A DNA stretch of 64,000 nucleotides from Octopus vulgaris. Its lineage: Eukaryota. The translations under genes were made by a program, and so were the position numbers. How positions within the stretch are numbered: the stretch's first letter is position 1; each line of letters opens with the position of its first letter. The stretch lies in NCBI GenBank assembly GCA_951406725.2, contig OX597815.1:107632001-107696000 (forward strand), read 5' to 3'. Shown here piece by piece: positions 13,480 to 27,200 of this stretch. The notes beneath the pieces were generated by a model. The model was not told the origin of the DNA. It worked only from the letters and a program-made list of their open reading frames with translations, and ran no database searches.

Positions 13480-14210
13480 TGAGATCCTCAAAAAGACTAA
13501 CTCTTAAGATTCCATTCCTTTTAGACTTGTATTTCTAGGGGACCTAGATACTTGTGTAGGACATAATTTTGAACTTTGATGTAGCAACAAAAATCACAGA
13601 ATGGAGAAGGTCAATGCAAATGTGCTACTCCTGTTACAGCTGTGTCAGGAGTTAGGTCTAGTGATGACCAATATTTGGTTGAGGGAAAGGATAGATGAAA
13701 GGCTACTTAAAAGCATTCACATTCAGGTCACTGCGACATTCTTAATTATGTAATTCTTCATTGAATGCAAAATCTGTCTGGTGCATGGGTTGAATGTTAA
13801 ATGGACCATAGGCTCCTGTGTGCCTGCCTGGTGATTTTAGGCTATAAAAAGCTGAGCTGAGGTGTGGTGGCAAAAAAGGCACCTAAGTGGATTGATGTCT
13901 CTAAATTAAACTGCTCTGGAAAGTTTGGACAATACCAAGAAACAATTCGATTGATCTAAATCACAATGGAAATCCTTATGTAAGTTTTGGTAAATAACTC
14001 TAAGAAACTGTTTCCTTTCTGCTGTGATTAATTGAAAGAAAACACCAGGACTGGTTCAAAGAAAATCAAGGACTTATGACAAAGTTGTTTGACAAGTTCC
14101 TCTCTTGTTATGTGATGGGACATGAACAGATAAGCTAGAGAAAGATTTTAAAGAGTACAAGGCTAAGGTTCAGCAAGAGATCTGGGTTGTCAATGATGTA
14201 TGATGGTGAA
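13480..14210 (+). pseudogene. Decayed RTE/BovB-like APE endonuclease-linker fragment
   Basis: Translated remnants KVNANVLLLLQLCQELGLVMTNIW, DHRLL and HQDWFKEN are typical of RTE-BovB ORFs. Confidence 0.65.
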
Positions 14211-14389
14211 AAAACGCAGGTTTTCCAGGTTGTCACTTAAGCATTTAGTAACAAAACCAAGTGCACAAACAGGAATTTATAATCTGGTTACACGTGATGA
14301 AGGTTTCAAATCAGTTGTCTGTAGTTACCCTCTTTCTCACTGATTTTCAAAGAAATATATTCACATCAGAAGGGCAGCTGGCCTCTATC

Positions 14390-15330
14390 ACATGTATGCG
14401 AAGAGCCATGCTACATGGCTGTGAAACATGGGCCATGACTGCTGAGGACATGTGTAAGCTTGCAAGGAATGAAGCCAGTATGCTCCGCTGGATGTGTAAT
14501 GTGAGAGTGTAAGTGCCTTGAGAGAAAAGTTGGACTTAAGAAGCATCAGATGTGGTGTGCAAGAGAGACGTCCGCTGGTATGGTCATGTGTTGCGAATGG
14601 ATGAGGATAGCTGTGTGAAAAAGTGTCACATCCTAGCAGTTGAGGGAACCTGTGGAAGAGGTAGACCCAAGAAAACTTGGGATGAGGTGATGAAGCACAA
14701 CCTTTGAACATTGGGCCTCACTGGGGCAATGACAAGTGACCAAAACCTTTGGAGATATGCTGTGCTTGAGAAGACCCGGCAAGCCAAGTGAGACCATAGG
14801 CGTGGCCTATGCCAGTGCAGCATAACCAGCCAATTTAAGAGTACCCTTCAATCATTGGACAATAAACTATGCTTGCAAAGACCCGTTGAGGCAAATGAAA
14901 TCGTTGTTGTGGCCAATGACAGTACGGCCTGATTGGCACCTGTGCCAGTGGAATGTTAAAAGCACTATTTGAGCATAATTGTTGGCAGGGCCGCTGAGTG
15001 GATCCTGTGCCGGTGGCATGTAAAAAACGCCATTTGAAGGTTGTCATTGCCAGTGCCACAGGACTGGCTCCTGTGCAGGTGGCACATAAAAAGCACCATC
15101 TGAGCTGGTCGATGGCAGTACCGCCTGATTGGCCCTTGTGCTGGTGACATGTAAAACACCCATTCCACTCTCAGAGTAGTTGGCGTTAGGAAGGGCATCC
15201 ACCTGTAGAAACTTTGCCAGATCAGATTGGAGCCTGGTGCAGTCTTCTGGTTCGCCAGCCCTCAGTCAAGCCATGCAACTTATGCCAGCATAGAAAGCAG
15301 ACATTAAACAACGACGACGATGATGATGAT
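14390..15330 (+). mobile_element. 5'-truncated RTE LINE (C-terminus of ORF plus 3' UTR with tandem ~65-bp units and (GAT)n tail)
   Basis: MLHGCETWAMT..NEASMLRWMCNV, RWYGHV-like and GRPKKTWDEV motifs, followed by the UTR; similar copies at 45148-45760 (+) and 55190-55740 (-). Confidence 0.85.
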
Positions 15331-16084
15331 GTATATGTATACATATGAGCATATATTTAATCAATCATATATTTAAACACACATACACATATACATAAAA
15401 AAATGACTATGTATGTACATTAAGGCACACAAATATATACATAAGCCTATAAGTGTATATAAATGTATGTGTGTGCATTATCTATAACTACCTTTCTATA
15501 CATCTGTCTGACTGTCTGTCTGTCTCTGTCTCTCCTTTTCTCTCTCTCTTTCTGTTTTCATACATAAATATTTACATACAGATGTATATCTATCTATCTA
15601 TCTATACATAGATACATATATACACACACACATACCTAGTGTATAATGTATGTGTATGGGCGTTGGCATTGTTTATTGTATGTGTGTATGTTTCTAATTA
15701 GGTACACGGTTCCTTTATTTGTGTTTTCTTAATCAAGCAAGACAAAAATATGATAAGCAATATACTGTTGAGCCAGTCATATTCTCTAATCATCTACCTG
15801 GTTTACAGTGGGAAGAGAAGAGCAATTTTGATTAGCATAAAATTAAGTAGTACATTCTTTTCCCCTGTTAACTTTGTAAATACTTAATAGGCATTGAAGT
15901 TGTTTGTTGAACAAAAGATGTTTGTGCATACATGTGTGTATGAATATATGAATATATTATAACAATAAGGACTATATCTGTCAGTTTGTCACACATGTGA
16001 ATGCATGCACTCATTCAAAAAATGCATTTTCTTTTTTCTCTCTCACTTTGTATACAGGCATAGTGTGAAATATATATATCTATA

Positions 16085-16224
16085 TACATACATACATACA
16101 TACATACATACATACATACATACATACATACATACATACATACATACATACATACATACATACATACATACATACATACATACATACATACATTCATACA
16201 TTCATACATACATACATACATACA

Positions 16225-16255
<31 letters not shown>
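16085..16255. repeat. (TACA)n microsatellite
   Basis: Direct tandem repeat. Confidence 0.95.
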
Positions 16256-16259
<4 letters not shown>

Positions 16260-16549
16260 TCATAACATATGGTATAATTATAAACATGGCAAATTTTAGC
16301 CATTTCTCCTCAGACTGAAAAAAAAAAAATGATGAACAACTTTAATTGATTTTCAAACCTTAGTGGGTTCTCATAGGAGGTGTCCACATCATTTTCACAA
16401 TCCTCAGAGAAATTAGTAGCCAAACTGTTTATAAATTCAACAAATGCAGCAGTTACTCTATGAAAGAGTCCCTAATTTGCATACCAAAAGTGTTTAACAA
16501 TCTATAAATACCAGTGACTGTCAACAGGGATCTTAGTCTACACAGTAAT

Positions 16550-16586
<37 letters not shown>

Positions 16587-16592
16587 ACACTG

Positions 16593-17023
16593 TCTGTTTT
16601 TTACGTTTTATTTATATTCTTAATAATATTAATGTAGAATATAGAATATATAGTATAAATACTATATATATATATAGTAAAATGAAATGAAGTATTGATT
16701 GTCTTATTGAATAGATGAAATACTGAATATAATATATATAGGGACTAGTATATTTTCTTGCATTATAGCAGTCTTCAAGGTCCCAGGTTGTGACAGGAAT
16801 GTTTCAACTGTTGAAACACTCCTGTCACAACCTGGGACCTTGAAGACTGCTTTGGTGTAGGAAGGTATACTAGTCCCTTAATATTTTATATTCAATATTT
16901 CATCTATTCAATAAGACAATCAATACTTCATTTCATTTTACTATATATATATAGTATTTATACTATATATTCTATATTCTACATTAATATTAAAAAGAAT
17001 ATAAATAAAACATAAAAAATAGA
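16593..17023. repeat. Long near-perfect palindrome (two ~215-bp arms, 1-nt centre)
   Basis: Centre GTTTCAAC-T-GTTGAAAC at 16809; arms are reverse complements, e.g. GCAGTCTTCAAGGTCCCAGGTTGTGACAGGA / TCCTGTCACAACCTGGGACCTTGAAGACTGC. Confidence 0.92.
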
Positions 17024-17043
17024 GTTGGAATTACTTTGAATAA

Positions 17044-17088
<45 letters not shown>

Positions 17089-18284
17089 ATACATATATAT
17101 ATATATTTATATATATATATTCATGGTTTAAGTTCTTTTCAAGATTCTTGTTTATGTATCATCATCATCATAATTTGATGTCAGTTTTCCATGCTGGCAT
17201 GAGTTGGACAGTTTGAAGAGCTGCCCCAGCACCATATCTGTTTTGGCATGATTCCTTTGGATGCCCTTCCTAATGCCAACATGTATGTTTAAATGTATGT
17301 ACATACATTTATTTACGTAAATACTTGTACATGTATATATGTGCATGTGTGTGTACATGCATGTATGTGTCTGTGTTTTAATTGTATGAGGTAAACAAAG
17401 AATACACAACATGAAGCACAGTCTTGTTCAATTGGTCAAATGCATACATCTGCAGGTTTTGTAAGTAATATGATGATTGAATATAGAGTATGTGGTGTAG
17501 CCCATTGCTTGTCATCTGTCATCTATCATGTTTCATGGTTGTTCGTTTTATCTCTGAAATTCTCAAGGAAGAATGTGTACATGTGGTGGTAAGTTGAAAT
17601 TAGTTCTTAAATCTCAAGACAAAACTAGTTGCAACTTGCAAACATTTTTTTCTTCACAATTGCAACATAATCACTGATGCATGAAAGATAATAATCAGGG
17701 ATCAACAGCATTTAAGCAATCTGCTGATGCCTTTGTATTTTCAAACCTGCTACTGTATATGGAAAACTGGCCAAACAACAGCTTCATTTATCTTATATAA
17801 TCAATGTTTATCTCATGTATTTTAACAGGCATGAGTGTGTGGCTAAGAAGTTTGTTTTGCAACCATGTAGTTTTGGGTTCAATCCCACTCTATGGCACTT
17901 TGAGCAAGTGTCTTCTACTATAGCCCTGAGTCAACAAATGCCCTGTGAATAAATATGGTAGATTGTGACTGTATGGAGGCCCATTGTATACATGTGTATG
18001 TGTGTTTGTGTATATGGGTGTATATATATATGTATGTGTGTCTTAGTGTTTGTGCTTGTCCTCCTCTACCACCTTATCAGTTTGGCAAAAAAAAAACTGT
18101 TAGAATAAGCACCAGACTTTAAAAAATAAGTACAGGGATTGATTTGTTTGACTAAACCCTTGAAGGCAGAACTCTAAGATGGCCAAAATTCTATGACTAA
18201 ACTAAATAAGATATAAAAGAAATAATAAATATATATAAGCCATCCAGCATAAATAATCCTCTTATGCCAAATATCCCTTTATAC

Positions 18285-18603
18285 CAAAGTTTCCCAAACT
18301 TATTTTGTTTGTGGACCCATGAGAGCTATCTTATCATCTGTGGATCTCATATATGCACATGCAAATTTTTGAATTAAAATATTTGTTTGTAGGTTAGTAA
18401 AAACTAACACTGAAACAATTTCGTTATATTCATAAAATAAATTCCAAATACGAATCTTGAAAATTTCAATAAATACAGGTACCTCTCCTAGTAAACAAAA
18501 TTTATACATTGGCCCCACAAATTACAATTTTTTACTCATGGACCCTCTTTAGAGCTTCTGTGGACCCCTGGGAGTCCATGTGGATCCCAGTTGGGAACCC
18601 CTG
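18285..18603. mobile_element. hAT/Charlie (MER5-like) MITE
   Basis: TIRs CAAAGTTTCCCAA / TTGGGAACCCCTG with a perfect 8-bp TSD CTTTATAC (18277-18284, 18604-18611). Confidence 0.9.
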
Positions 18604-18800
18604 CTTTATACCAAGAAGGTCACTGTTAATGTTCAGCTACAGGTCAACCCTTATTCAGTTGCCCTGTGATTATAGATCTTTGTTGCATTCATGATAGTCC
18701 TGTCCGATGATAGAATGTTATCTGAAGATTTAGTTATTATTTCTAGCATGTCAAATGACCACATACACATTTTAGCAGTAGTTTGAGGAAAGCCCTATTG

Positions 18801-18815
18801 TTGGTGGTGTTGTTG

Positions 18816-18846
<31 letters not shown>

Positions 18847-18892
18847 TGTTGCTGTTGCTGCCGGTGCTACTGCTGTTGTTGTTGTTGTTGTT
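18801..18892. repeat. Compound (GTT)n/(GCT)n trinucleotide repeat
   Basis: Direct tandem repeat. Confidence 0.9.
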
Positions 18893-19836
18893 AAGCCTCA
18901 AGTCATCACAGACCAAGCAGACATATAATCCTAGATCTTACCATCTGTGACCAGTCCCATCTTTTCCTATATCTAGAAGTAGCCCTTGTTGAATATGTTC
19001 TTTCATTATCATATGAACAGTTTATACTAAAGGGTGGAGATCCAGATGGGTCATCAATCCAGAGCCTTCAGGGTCAAGCTAAGGTTCAAGATATTCAAAA
19101 GAAGTCCTCCCACTCTCCATGGAGCTTCAAACAAGTTTTATTTCAGCTTGCAAAATTTTGCCTGGAAGCTCTGCTGTAGACTTTGATTTAAGAGATTTGC
19201 TTGATTTGCCTGTTCTTTCTAGCAGGAGAACAACCACGTAGGAGTTATTCTATCAGCTGGGAAACATACATGTTGTGTAACATGTGGATGATCATATAGA
19301 AGTTCCTCCCCTAAACATACAAGTGCATCCAACTTTAGATTACATAAGATCGATTATAACTTGTTTTACTGAATCTTTTCTTCTCTAAGCACAAAGCCTG
19401 AAATTTTTTGGGAGAGGCGGGGGGGGGGGTGCGCAGTCGATTAGATCAACCCCAGTATGTAACTGGTACTTAATTTATCGACCCCGAAAGGATGAAAGGC
19501 AAAGTTGATCTCAGTGGAATTTGAACTCAGAACGTAAAGACAGATGAAATACCACAAAGCATTTCATCCGACATGCTAATGTTTCTGCCAGCTTGCTGCC
19601 TTCCTGTTTTACTGAATCAATGAAATAATTGATATATGTTGGAGGAAAGAAAAATGTGTGTGTGTACATTTGTTTATATGTATTGTGTAGTTATGCATGT
19701 ATTTGTGAGTGTGTGTGTGTGAGTATATTTAGGTGTGTGTGCATATGTGTGTATATTTAATGCATATTTTTCTAGGTATATGTATTTGTGTACTTGTGTA
19801 CATGTACACCTGTCTGTCTATACACACATGGATATA

Positions 19837-20440
19837 CACAGTTGTATCAAAAAGTTCCTGGCTTAGTTTAATAAAAAATAACTTATTTACCAAAGTTTTA
19901 GCATCAACTCCTTCGAAATAGTCACCTTGTTCAGCAATACACTGGTTCCAGTATTCCTGTCACTCTTGGAATCTGGCCTGGAAGTTGTTTTCCATAAGCG
20001 AGTCAACCATCTGCAATTTGCTCTGGATCCTGACAATGGTGTTAGGATGGCGACCTTTGAGCTGCATTTTCATCTTGGAGAAGAAATGGTAGTCAGCAGG
20101 TGCTAAATCTGGTGAATGGGGCAAGTGTAGAAGCGATACCATATTGTTTTTAGTGAGAAACTCACGATTGAGGGGAGCACAGTGACAAAGTGCATTTTTG
20201 TTATGAAGAATCCAATTCTTTGCACTTCATAGATCCAGTCACTTTTGGTGAATATCCTTCCTCACATGCTTCCAAATGTCGTGATGGAACTCTTGTTTGA
20301 TGGTCTGACCCTGGGGAACAAATTCTCAATGGACAAAACCACATTTCTGGGGGTGACTCATATGGCAGGTCTTCCAGATCGCTCATTGTCTTCCAGGGAT
20401 GTTCTTTTCCTTTTAAAGCACCCATGCCACTCAGAACATT
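19837..20440 (-). mobile_element. Decayed mariner (DD34D-type) fragment
   Basis: LHLPHSPDLAPADYHFFSKMKMQLKGR (YSPDLAP.D motif); TIR-like CACAGTTGTATCAAAAAGTTCC after TA. Confidence 0.8.
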
Positions 20441-20917
20441 GTGTATGTGTGTATACATCTGGATATGTGTATGTGTGTGTACATCTGGATATCTAAATAC
20501 ATGCTTCTATGTATGTGGGTTTGTATGTATGCATGTGAGCATGTTGTTCTTGTGTATATGTTGGTGTGTATGTGTGTATGTGTATATATGCATGTGCACT
20601 CGTATCCAAATGTAAACATATCTGCTTATGAGTGTATGTTTATATAAATACATGTGTATGCATGTACGAGTATGTATATATTATACAATCCTTTCAGTTA
20701 TATACACAAAACTTGAAGTTGATTACTTTGACCCCAGTACTTGGCTGGTACTAATTTCATCAAGTCTAGAAGGATGAAAGGCAAAGCTGACTTTGGTGGA
20801 ATTTGAACTCAGAATGTAAAACTGGAAGAAAGGCCACAGAGCATTTTGTCCAAGATGCTAATGATTCTGATATTACATACATATGTACATACATACATAC
20901 ATATATATGTGTGAGTA

Positions 20918-20948
<31 letters not shown>

Positions 20949-21635
20949 ATATTTATTTATATATATATATGCATAAATGCATGAATGTATGTAGGTTTGT
21001 ATGTATGTGTGTATGTATGAATGTATGCAATATGTTTATGTGTAATATACAGAGAGAAAAGAAAGAGAGAGCGGTATGGAAAGTGAGAGTGAGTTTGGAA
21101 AAGAGAAAGTAAATATATAAATAGATGAAAGAGGGTTGAGGGGATGGGGATGGATTGAATGAAAGGAAGAGGAGAGAAAATATATGCATTAAAGAGAGTG
21201 AGGGAGGGAGGATGAAGATGTCAGTAATTATAAGAGTAGGAGTGAGAGGGAATGAGGTAGTTGCAGGGAGAGATAGATGTGAAAATGTGTGTGATAAATT
21301 GTATGTGTGCATGTATAAGAGGAGAGAGAGAGAGAGAGAGAGGGGTTAGTTCATTTGTGGTATGTGAGAGATAGAGTATATATGTGAGTATATATATGTA
21401 GATAGATTAGAAGAAAGAGAGGGAGAGAGAACGGTAATGATGAGAAACAGAAATGATAATGAGAGTAAGAGAGAGAGAGAGTGAGTGAGAGGGAGAGAGA
21501 GAGAGAGAGAGTAAAAGAGACGGAAGAGATTATGGGAAGTTGGATAATAAGAGGAGGAGAAAGGGTGAAAGATGAAAGAAAAAGATATTTACAATGCAAA
21601 GAGACTTGCGACTGTGTGTGGATTCATGTTTATGC

Positions 21636-21682
<47 letters not shown>

Positions 21683-21872
21683 AGGAAGTAAATGGTAGTT
21701 GCTGGAAGGTTAAGGTCATCACCAAAGCAACACGAAGAAATTTGTCTAAACCTGTCTCTGCTTCAGCAACCCGATTCATAGATAAATGTTTATATTCTTT
21801 ATTATTAAAAGAAAAAGAAAAAACAATTTTTTTTTACTTCTAAGTGCACGTCTTTTAGCTTACATATTCATC

Positions 21873-21982
<110 letters not shown>

Positions 21983-22051
21983 TGCGTAAGCAATGTGGTT
22001 AGATGCTACTGTTTCTCAAGTAATACACACAATCATACACAAAAATACACA

Positions 22052-22100
<49 letters not shown>

Positions 22101-22109
22101 ACATGAATA

Positions 22110-22140
<31 letters not shown>

Positions 22141-22829
22141 GCACATATGTAAAGGTGCTTGACCTTGTTGTTAGCTGTTGCATGCACAATCACTAGATCA
22201 CAGGTATGATTCCTTAACTGGGCAGTGCGATGTGCCAGTCCCCCTTCGATTAAGGGGATTGTTTGCCTGCTCAGCCAGCCAGCAGGGTGGTATCATTTGA
22301 AGACTAAAACAATGCGAAAGCACATTGTGACCAGCGATGTGTAACAACATCTGATAGCCTGATCTGTCATGTAATCATGTGATATATATATATATATAGG
22401 TGTAGGCATTACTGTCAGGTGCAGATATTGCTGTGTGGTAAGAAGTTTGCTTCCCATGCACACAGTCCTGGGTTCAGTCCCACTGCATGCCACTGTGGGC
22501 AAGTGTCTTCTGCTATAGTCTCAGGTCACAACTAATAATGTATGTTTATGTATGTGTGCATGTGAGCAAGTGTGTGCTACTGTCTTGTTGCATTGTCTTC
22601 TTGTGATAGTAATAAATGGATGGCACTGACATGCAAGTGGTGTCCTTCCTATCCAATCTTCTGTGAAAATATGTTTGGTCATGGGGAAATATTACGTTAC
22701 TTGGAGACAAATGAGGGTTGGCAACAGATATGACATCTAGCCATTGAAAATTTGTCTCAACAAATTCTGTTTGATTCATGTAACCATGGAAAAAAGGGGA
22801 TATTAGATGATGAACATGATATTTGCTGG

Positions 22830-23110
22830 TGCCAGTACCCTCTGACAGGCTTCTGTGCAGGTGGCACATAAAAAGCACTATCTGAATGTGATCGATGCCA
22901 GGCCCACCTGACTGGCTCCTGTGCTGGTGGCACATAAAACAGCACCCACTACATACTCGGAGTGTTTGGCATTAGGAAGGGCATCCAGCTGCAGATACAT
23001 TGCCAGATCAGATTGGAGCTTGGTGCAGCTGCTGGCCCTTCAGACCTCAGTCAAACTGTCCACCCCATGCCAGCTGGGAAAGTGGACATTAAATGATGAC
23101 GACGATGATG
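22830..23110 (+). mobile_element. RTE 3' UTR-derived repeat
   Basis: Same tandem units and TTAGGAAGGGCATCCAGC..(GAT)n tail as 14390-15330. Confidence 0.75.
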
Positions 23111-23175
23111 GTGTGTATGTATGTGCATTTATATATGAATATATGTATATACACATATACGCACACACACACACA

Positions 23176-23207
<32 letters not shown>

Positions 23208-23499
23208 TTTTGTTGTGTCTAAGGCAGTGTCTCTCAACCTTTTTACCCTTGCATAACCCTTAAAATAAATTACATGTCTCAAGGAACCCCTGCACAAAAC
23301 AAAAATTATGTACCATATCTTTCTTATATATTTTTCATCGTAGTTCACATGGTAAATATCATATATATATATATATACTAGCATTAAAGACCCATTGTTG
23401 CCGGGTCATAGTGCTAGTGCATGTATATATGTGTATATATATGTGTACATATTACATGTACATCTATATATATACATCTACACATAAAATACAAAATAC

Positions 23500-23953
23500 A
23501 AAGTTATATCTTGATATCGCTAGTGATAACAATACTCAAAATATATAACAGACTGGAATTGTTAGCCTATCTCTTGTAATTTCGATCAATTGTATCTTGT
23601 CCTCCCTCTTGTATAGAAGTGTGGCTACAATCCGATGGCTGCAGCGAAATTCATTTTTGGACTTTCTTCTATCGAAGACATTTTAACAAAAATACTTCCG
23701 TGTAAACGGTGAAAATATTGTCAATTTCCCCAAACAGGGACACAATTCAATTTTTAAACAATAACCAAAGCTCCTTCTCCCAAAGTTTACAATTATTTAA
23801 CAAATGCAACACAACAATGCTTCCCTTATGAGGAACCAACAAACAGGGTAACAATAGTTAAACAGAAATAATAATAACAACAAACCCTACAGTAAGCCAA
23901 AAAGCAGTACTCTGTTGAAGCTATAAGCCTTTATGGATCAGAAATAAACTAAC
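23500..23953 (-). pseudogene. 5' UTR plus ORF1 start of a second, older Tx1-like element
   Basis: ATG at 23681 gives MSSIEESPKMNFAAAIG*, resembling ORF1 MENPVTKQSFSAAVGG; T-rich UTR; degenerate target motif AGCAGTACTCTGTTGA at 23903-23918. Confidence 0.5.
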
Positions 23954-24203
23954 AGCGGTACTCAGTAGATATTTCTTTATTACGATTATAAAAATCGGTA
24001 CACAGAATTACAAATACAGGACATACATACAAAAACATTTAAGAGAATCGTTTAAAAATTGTTTAAATTCGTTATAAAAATATTAACCTTTGCTTAACTA
24101 GTATAGCAAACAACAGTAGGTAACCTTGTCGTCTCACTGGCGTTTTTACACCCCGGCAATTTGTGAGGCCCTGCAGCTTCCACTTCCTCTCTCTCCTCCA
24201 TGA

Positions 24204-27200
24204 TCAAGCTGGGTTTCTCACACCCACCTTTCTTTCTACTTCCTTCCATCTTTTCTCGTACACACCCCGCGGCAGGGTCCTCTTCTCCAGCCCCATTTTG
24301 CTCTTCAGATGATATCTGAAGTAAGTGAGCAAGCCGGGTCCGGAGATGAAGGACCCTATCGCGGCTCCTTCCATTCTCGTTCTCCACATGCATTCCTTTA
24401 CCACTGCCACCGTGCAGTGGAAACATGCCTCACCTTCCTTCGAGAGTCCAGTTGGCGGTATCATCTTAATCATAGACTCAGCCGACAGCTGTACTCGTCC
24501 CAGATGGGACAACACGTGTTCTGCGTAACTTATCAAGTCGGACAACTTCCGACAGTGAACAAAGGCGTGCTGGACGGTTTCATCGTCCAACCCGCACCTT
24601 GGACACGTCGGTGGCACTTGAACTCCGTGCCGCGATAACTTCTCGCGAACAGGTAAAGCATTCCTGTAGCACTGCCAGGCCAGGGATCTTTGGAAATTAT
24701 CCAAATACCCCGACCTGAAAGTTTTTTTAAACAGGTTGGCGAGCTGGTCTTCATCAAACCCCAGAGCCCCTCCTAGGACGTCGTCATTTTTTACCTCCAC
24801 CAGCCCTCTATAAAATACCGAGGTGGTATTTCCGCAGCCGGCCTTACCCGTCTTGTGGATCAGCGTGAGTGCCTGTCGGCACTCTTTTTGCCATGGAGTC
24901 AGTTTCCATCTTTTGATGTAACCGGGTTTAAAATTAACTAAGGAGGCCGGTCTCGGGAAAAATCCCTCTGCCAGCGGACTCCACACCTTATCACCCTCCA
25001 GGTGGTGCCAGAGGTGCCTTAGCCTCAACGCATGTCTGCGCATCATCAACCAAGGCATCCCTAACCCGCCCTTTAACGGTTCTTGGCAGCAAACGGATCG
25101 TCTCACAAGTGGCTTTCCTCCTTTCCACAAAAAGCGGAAAAGGATTCGTTCCAACTTGTTAAGCCATGAATCGGGGCAAGGGACAACGGTCAGGCGGTAG
25201 GTGATTACAGATGCAATAAACATCTGCACCACCTCCGCCCTTCCTTTCAGGGACAGAGACCTTCCGGACCAGGTCCGTACTATGGCCTCCACCCTGCTCG
25301 TCACCTCGCTCCAGTTCTTCTCCGTTTGGGAGTCTGGTCCAAACCAAACTCCCAGCAACTTAACAGGGCCATCCGTCCAGTGTCCCACGACACTGGACGA
25401 TATCGGCTTGCTCCTCCAGGTGCCGAGGCGCAAGCCAACCGATTTGTCCTTGTTAACCTTTGCTCCTGCCACCGCCTCGTATCCTCTGATAACCTCCTCC
25501 ACACAAGGTAGTTGGGCCTCTTTGGACACGATGAGGGTGACGTCATCCGCGTAAGCAGTCACCGTCCTCCCACCTCCGATTTCATCCGAGTTACTCCCCA
25601 GCCTCTCCAACTTTCGCAGCAGTGGCTCAAGAGCCAATACGTACAAAAGTGGTGACAAGGGGCACCCCTGACGCACTGAACACTTGATCGAAAACGGTTC
25701 CGTTAGGTAACCGTTTATCTGGACGGTGGACTTGATGCCGCTATACATAGCGGAGATCCACCCGCGAAATTCAGGGCCCAGCCCAGTCGCTTCGAGGACC
25801 GTCGCCAGGTACCCATGGTCTACCCTATCGAAGGCTTTACTTTGGTCTAAATGGACCATTACCCCACCTTTGCCGGCTAATTTACCCACCCTATCTAAGG
25901 TGTAGCGTATAAGGTGAAGATTGTCCTGGATCGACCTGCCTGGAATTGCACATGTCTGTGCTCTCCCTACAAGTTTCTCCACGACAACCGTCAACCTTTT
26001 TGCTAACACCTTGGCCAGAATCTTTAACTCTACATTAAGTAGAGTTATGGGCCTGTAGTTACTAATATTATCCCCCTTGCTCGGGTCTTTCTGGATTAGC
26101 GTCACCACTCCCCGGCTTACAGAACTGGGGATTCTCCCATTCTGCTGCCAGTTCGTGTAGACGCCTGCCAGTATTCCCCCGAACAAGTCCGGCATACTTT
26201 GGTAAAACTCATAGGGCAGACCATCCAACCCCGGCGACTTCTCCCCGGCGCATCCGGCCAGTATCTCCTTTATCTCCGCGGGAGTGATCGCTCCCTCACA
26301 GCACTCCACTTCACGCCCCGCGAGCCGCGGTCCGCCGGCCAGGAAGTCCTTTAAGGCCCTCCCCCGATCCAGCGAACCACCACCCCCCGAACACGCGAGC
26401 GAAATGCTGGTGAAGAAACTTTTGCATCTCCTCCTGTCCATAGATCTTTTGTCCCTGTTCGTCAGTCAAAGATTTAATTGAGGCTCTATTGCCTCTCTTA
26501 CTCTCCACACGACGGGCCCATCCGGCCACGTTAATACCTTCTCGTTTCCCAGCACGCAGCTTAGCTCTGACTCTGCAACCTTCGTACTTGGAGTTAAGGT
26601 GACGGTACAATACCGTCCTTGCCGCCAACACTCCGGATGCAGAGCCAGCTTCCATTGCCTCGTCTAGATTCTTGACTAAATCGCCCTCTAGACTAGCCCT
26701 ATCTATCCTTAGCTGATTGCTAAATCTGACGGACTCTAAACGAATGGCTCTTTTGAGGGCGTGCCACCATCTATTGTTAATGATGGTGCCACACAATGCC
26801 CTCTGAACTAACACCTTAATCCGGGTACGGAAGTCTTCACAATTCAAAATAGCCTTGTTCAGCTTCCAGTACCCGGGTCCCTGTCTATGACACTTGTCTA
26901 ATTGCACCTCACACGTCACAAATTTGTGATCCGAGTAAGGTACAATATGAAATTGTGGACAACTAAACGTATCCTTATCTCTTTTCTTAATAAATATCCT
27001 ATCTAGATACGATCTGTGTGAGCCGTCGTTGTTACTCCACGTCCACTGTGGAACGCTCGGCTCATCCAGTCGGTAACGGTCCACTAGATCAAAGCTCTCT
27101 AGTAGACCCTTGAGGCTAGGGTTCCCCTTCCTATTGGTTGAGCCAACACTGTCGATGTGCGCTTCAAGGACAGTGTTAAAGTCCCCTACTAGGATTACTG

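Noticed and set aside
14900-15180. CRISPR-like repeat-spacer array
   Set aside because: Units are degenerate tandem repeats without unique spacers, inside a eukaryotic LINE UTR, with no cas genes.
16810-16850. GAAAC..GTC..TTGAAGA in the palindrome core as a permuted hammerhead
   Set aside because: Core is TTGAAGA and stems I and II cannot form.
26383-26388. Programmed ribosomal frameshift in ORF2
   Set aside because: No X XXY YYZ slippery heptamer, and L1/Tx1 ORF2 is normally continuous; an indel is more parsimonious.
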